Shown: in pieces, positions 63,261 through 64,000 of the stretch
Position numbering within the stretch: the first letter of the stretch is position 1
Layout: every line of letters begins with the position of its first letter
From: Candidatus Dormiibacterota bacterium
Lineage (GTDB): Bacteria > Chloroflexota > Dormibacteria > Aeolococcales > Aeolococcaceae
Length of the DNA: 64,000 nucleotides
NCBI GenBank assembly: GCA_963709585.1
Contig: CAVPXI010000007.1
Location: forward strand, 96,001-160,000
Direction of reading: 5' to 3'
The notes under the pieces: model-generated
What the model saw: the letters and a program-made list of their open reading frames with translations, nothing else
What the model was told of the DNA's origin: nothing
Database searches by the model: none
Program-made: the position numbers and the translations under genes

Positions 63261-63461
63261 GTGACTGGTACCGTCAAGAAGATCGTGGCCGAACGCGGCT
63301 TCGGCTTCATCACCGCCGAGGATGGACAGGAGTACTTCTTCCATCGCAGTGGACTCGACAGTTCGCTGACCTTCGAAAATCTCGCGGGCGATGAGCGCGT
63401 GAGCTTCGAGATCGAGCGTAGCGACAAGGGCCCGCGTGCCCGCCAGGTCCGCGCGGCCTGA
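63261..63461 (+). CDS. Cold-shock domain protein
   Basis: GTVK, RGFGFI (RNP1), FFHRS (RNP2), KGP.A..V. Confidence 0.94.
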   Translation: MTGTVKKIVAERGFGFITAEDGQEYFFHRSGLDSSLTFENLAGDERVSFEIERSDKGPRARQVRAA

Positions 63462-63481
63462 TCCTCGCTGCGTGAGGCATC

Positions 63482-63513
63482 CCGGTCGTCGCCGATTCAC
63501 CGGCGACGACCGG
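63482..63513 (+). terminator. Hairpin downstream of the cold-shock gene
   Basis: CCGGTCGTCGCCG-ATTCAC-CGGCGACGACCGG, perfect 13-bp stem. Confidence 0.7.
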
Positions 63514-63544
63514 AACCTCGTTTCGCCGTATAGAGTGGACTCTG

Positions 63545-64000
63545 ATGGCGGACGAACCTGATTCCGAAGCCGACGAGTCGCCTCCGGCGGACGACGAGCT
63601 TTCTGCTCGGCGCCACCGGCGTGGAGACTGAGGTCCTCGCCGAACTGGCTCGTGCGGAAGCGAGCATCCATGACCCGGACGGAGCGGCCGACGAGAGCGA
63701 TGGGGCTGTCGTCTGACGGTCACTAGCCCAAGCCGCCAGGCGCCGGAAACGGGGCGGCGAACCTTGCCCACCCCGGTTCGGCGAGTGCTGACCGGCGTGA
63801 TCGGCCTCGCCGGCATTGCCGCCGTCATCCTGTTCCTCAACCCGGCTCAGGTCGGGAGCGCGCTGGAGCATTTCCAACTGCTGCTCATCGCGCCGATCGT
63901 GCTGCTCTCGCTGGCGGTCTACATCCTCCAGGGGATTCGCTGGCATTTCCTGCTCACCGACGTCGGCACCAAGCTGCGCCTGCGGGACACGATCCTGATC
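63545..64000 (+). CDS. Partial membrane protein, LPG-synthase TM (UPF0104)-like; 5' part frame-disrupted, runs off window end
   Basis: VIGLAGIAAVILFL...LLSLAVYILQGIRWHFLL read from 63785 onward. Confidence 0.62.

Overview
High-GC (roughly 68-70%) bacterial chromosomal window, densely coding, with no tRNA, rRNA, CRISPR array or mobile element that I can support. At least 15 genes are split by single-base indels, most simply explained as uncorrected long-read errors. Gene order: a GGDEF-EAL-receiver protein; a glyoxylate aminotransferase-glcDEF-FAD oxidoreductase operon; a DapA-like aldolase, a GH63-like glycosidase, a class III aminotransferase and a D-2-hydroxyacid dehydrogenase; a large aromatic amino acid catabolic block (hppD, paaABCDE, ilvE, 2-oxoacid dehydrogenase E1a/E1b/E2, two crotonases, MaoC, paaK, paaI); small stress-type membrane proteins; a divergent pair sharing an unrecognised helical domain, one copy fused to an OmpR-type winged helix; xfp-ackA; gltBD; a DAHP synthase-chorismate mutase fusion; ftsH; adhP; TetR with a DrrAB-type ABC transporter; a secreted beta-propeller/IPT/triple-repeat protein; an aldo-keto reductase-kinase-HAD fusion; DUF5996 with a UBP zinc finger; an MFS transporter; a Mo-enzyme/FNR/CxxC operon; and a cold-shock gene. 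Many genes have a TANNNT hexamer 6-9 nt before the start codon, suggesting leaderless transcription. Best novelty candidates are the paralogous regulator pair at 30.1-31.1 kb, structured leaders at 1.64-1.78 kb and 43.5 kb, the AKR-kinase fusion and the Mo/FNR/CxxC operon. All family assignments come from recognising motifs by eye; no database search was run.
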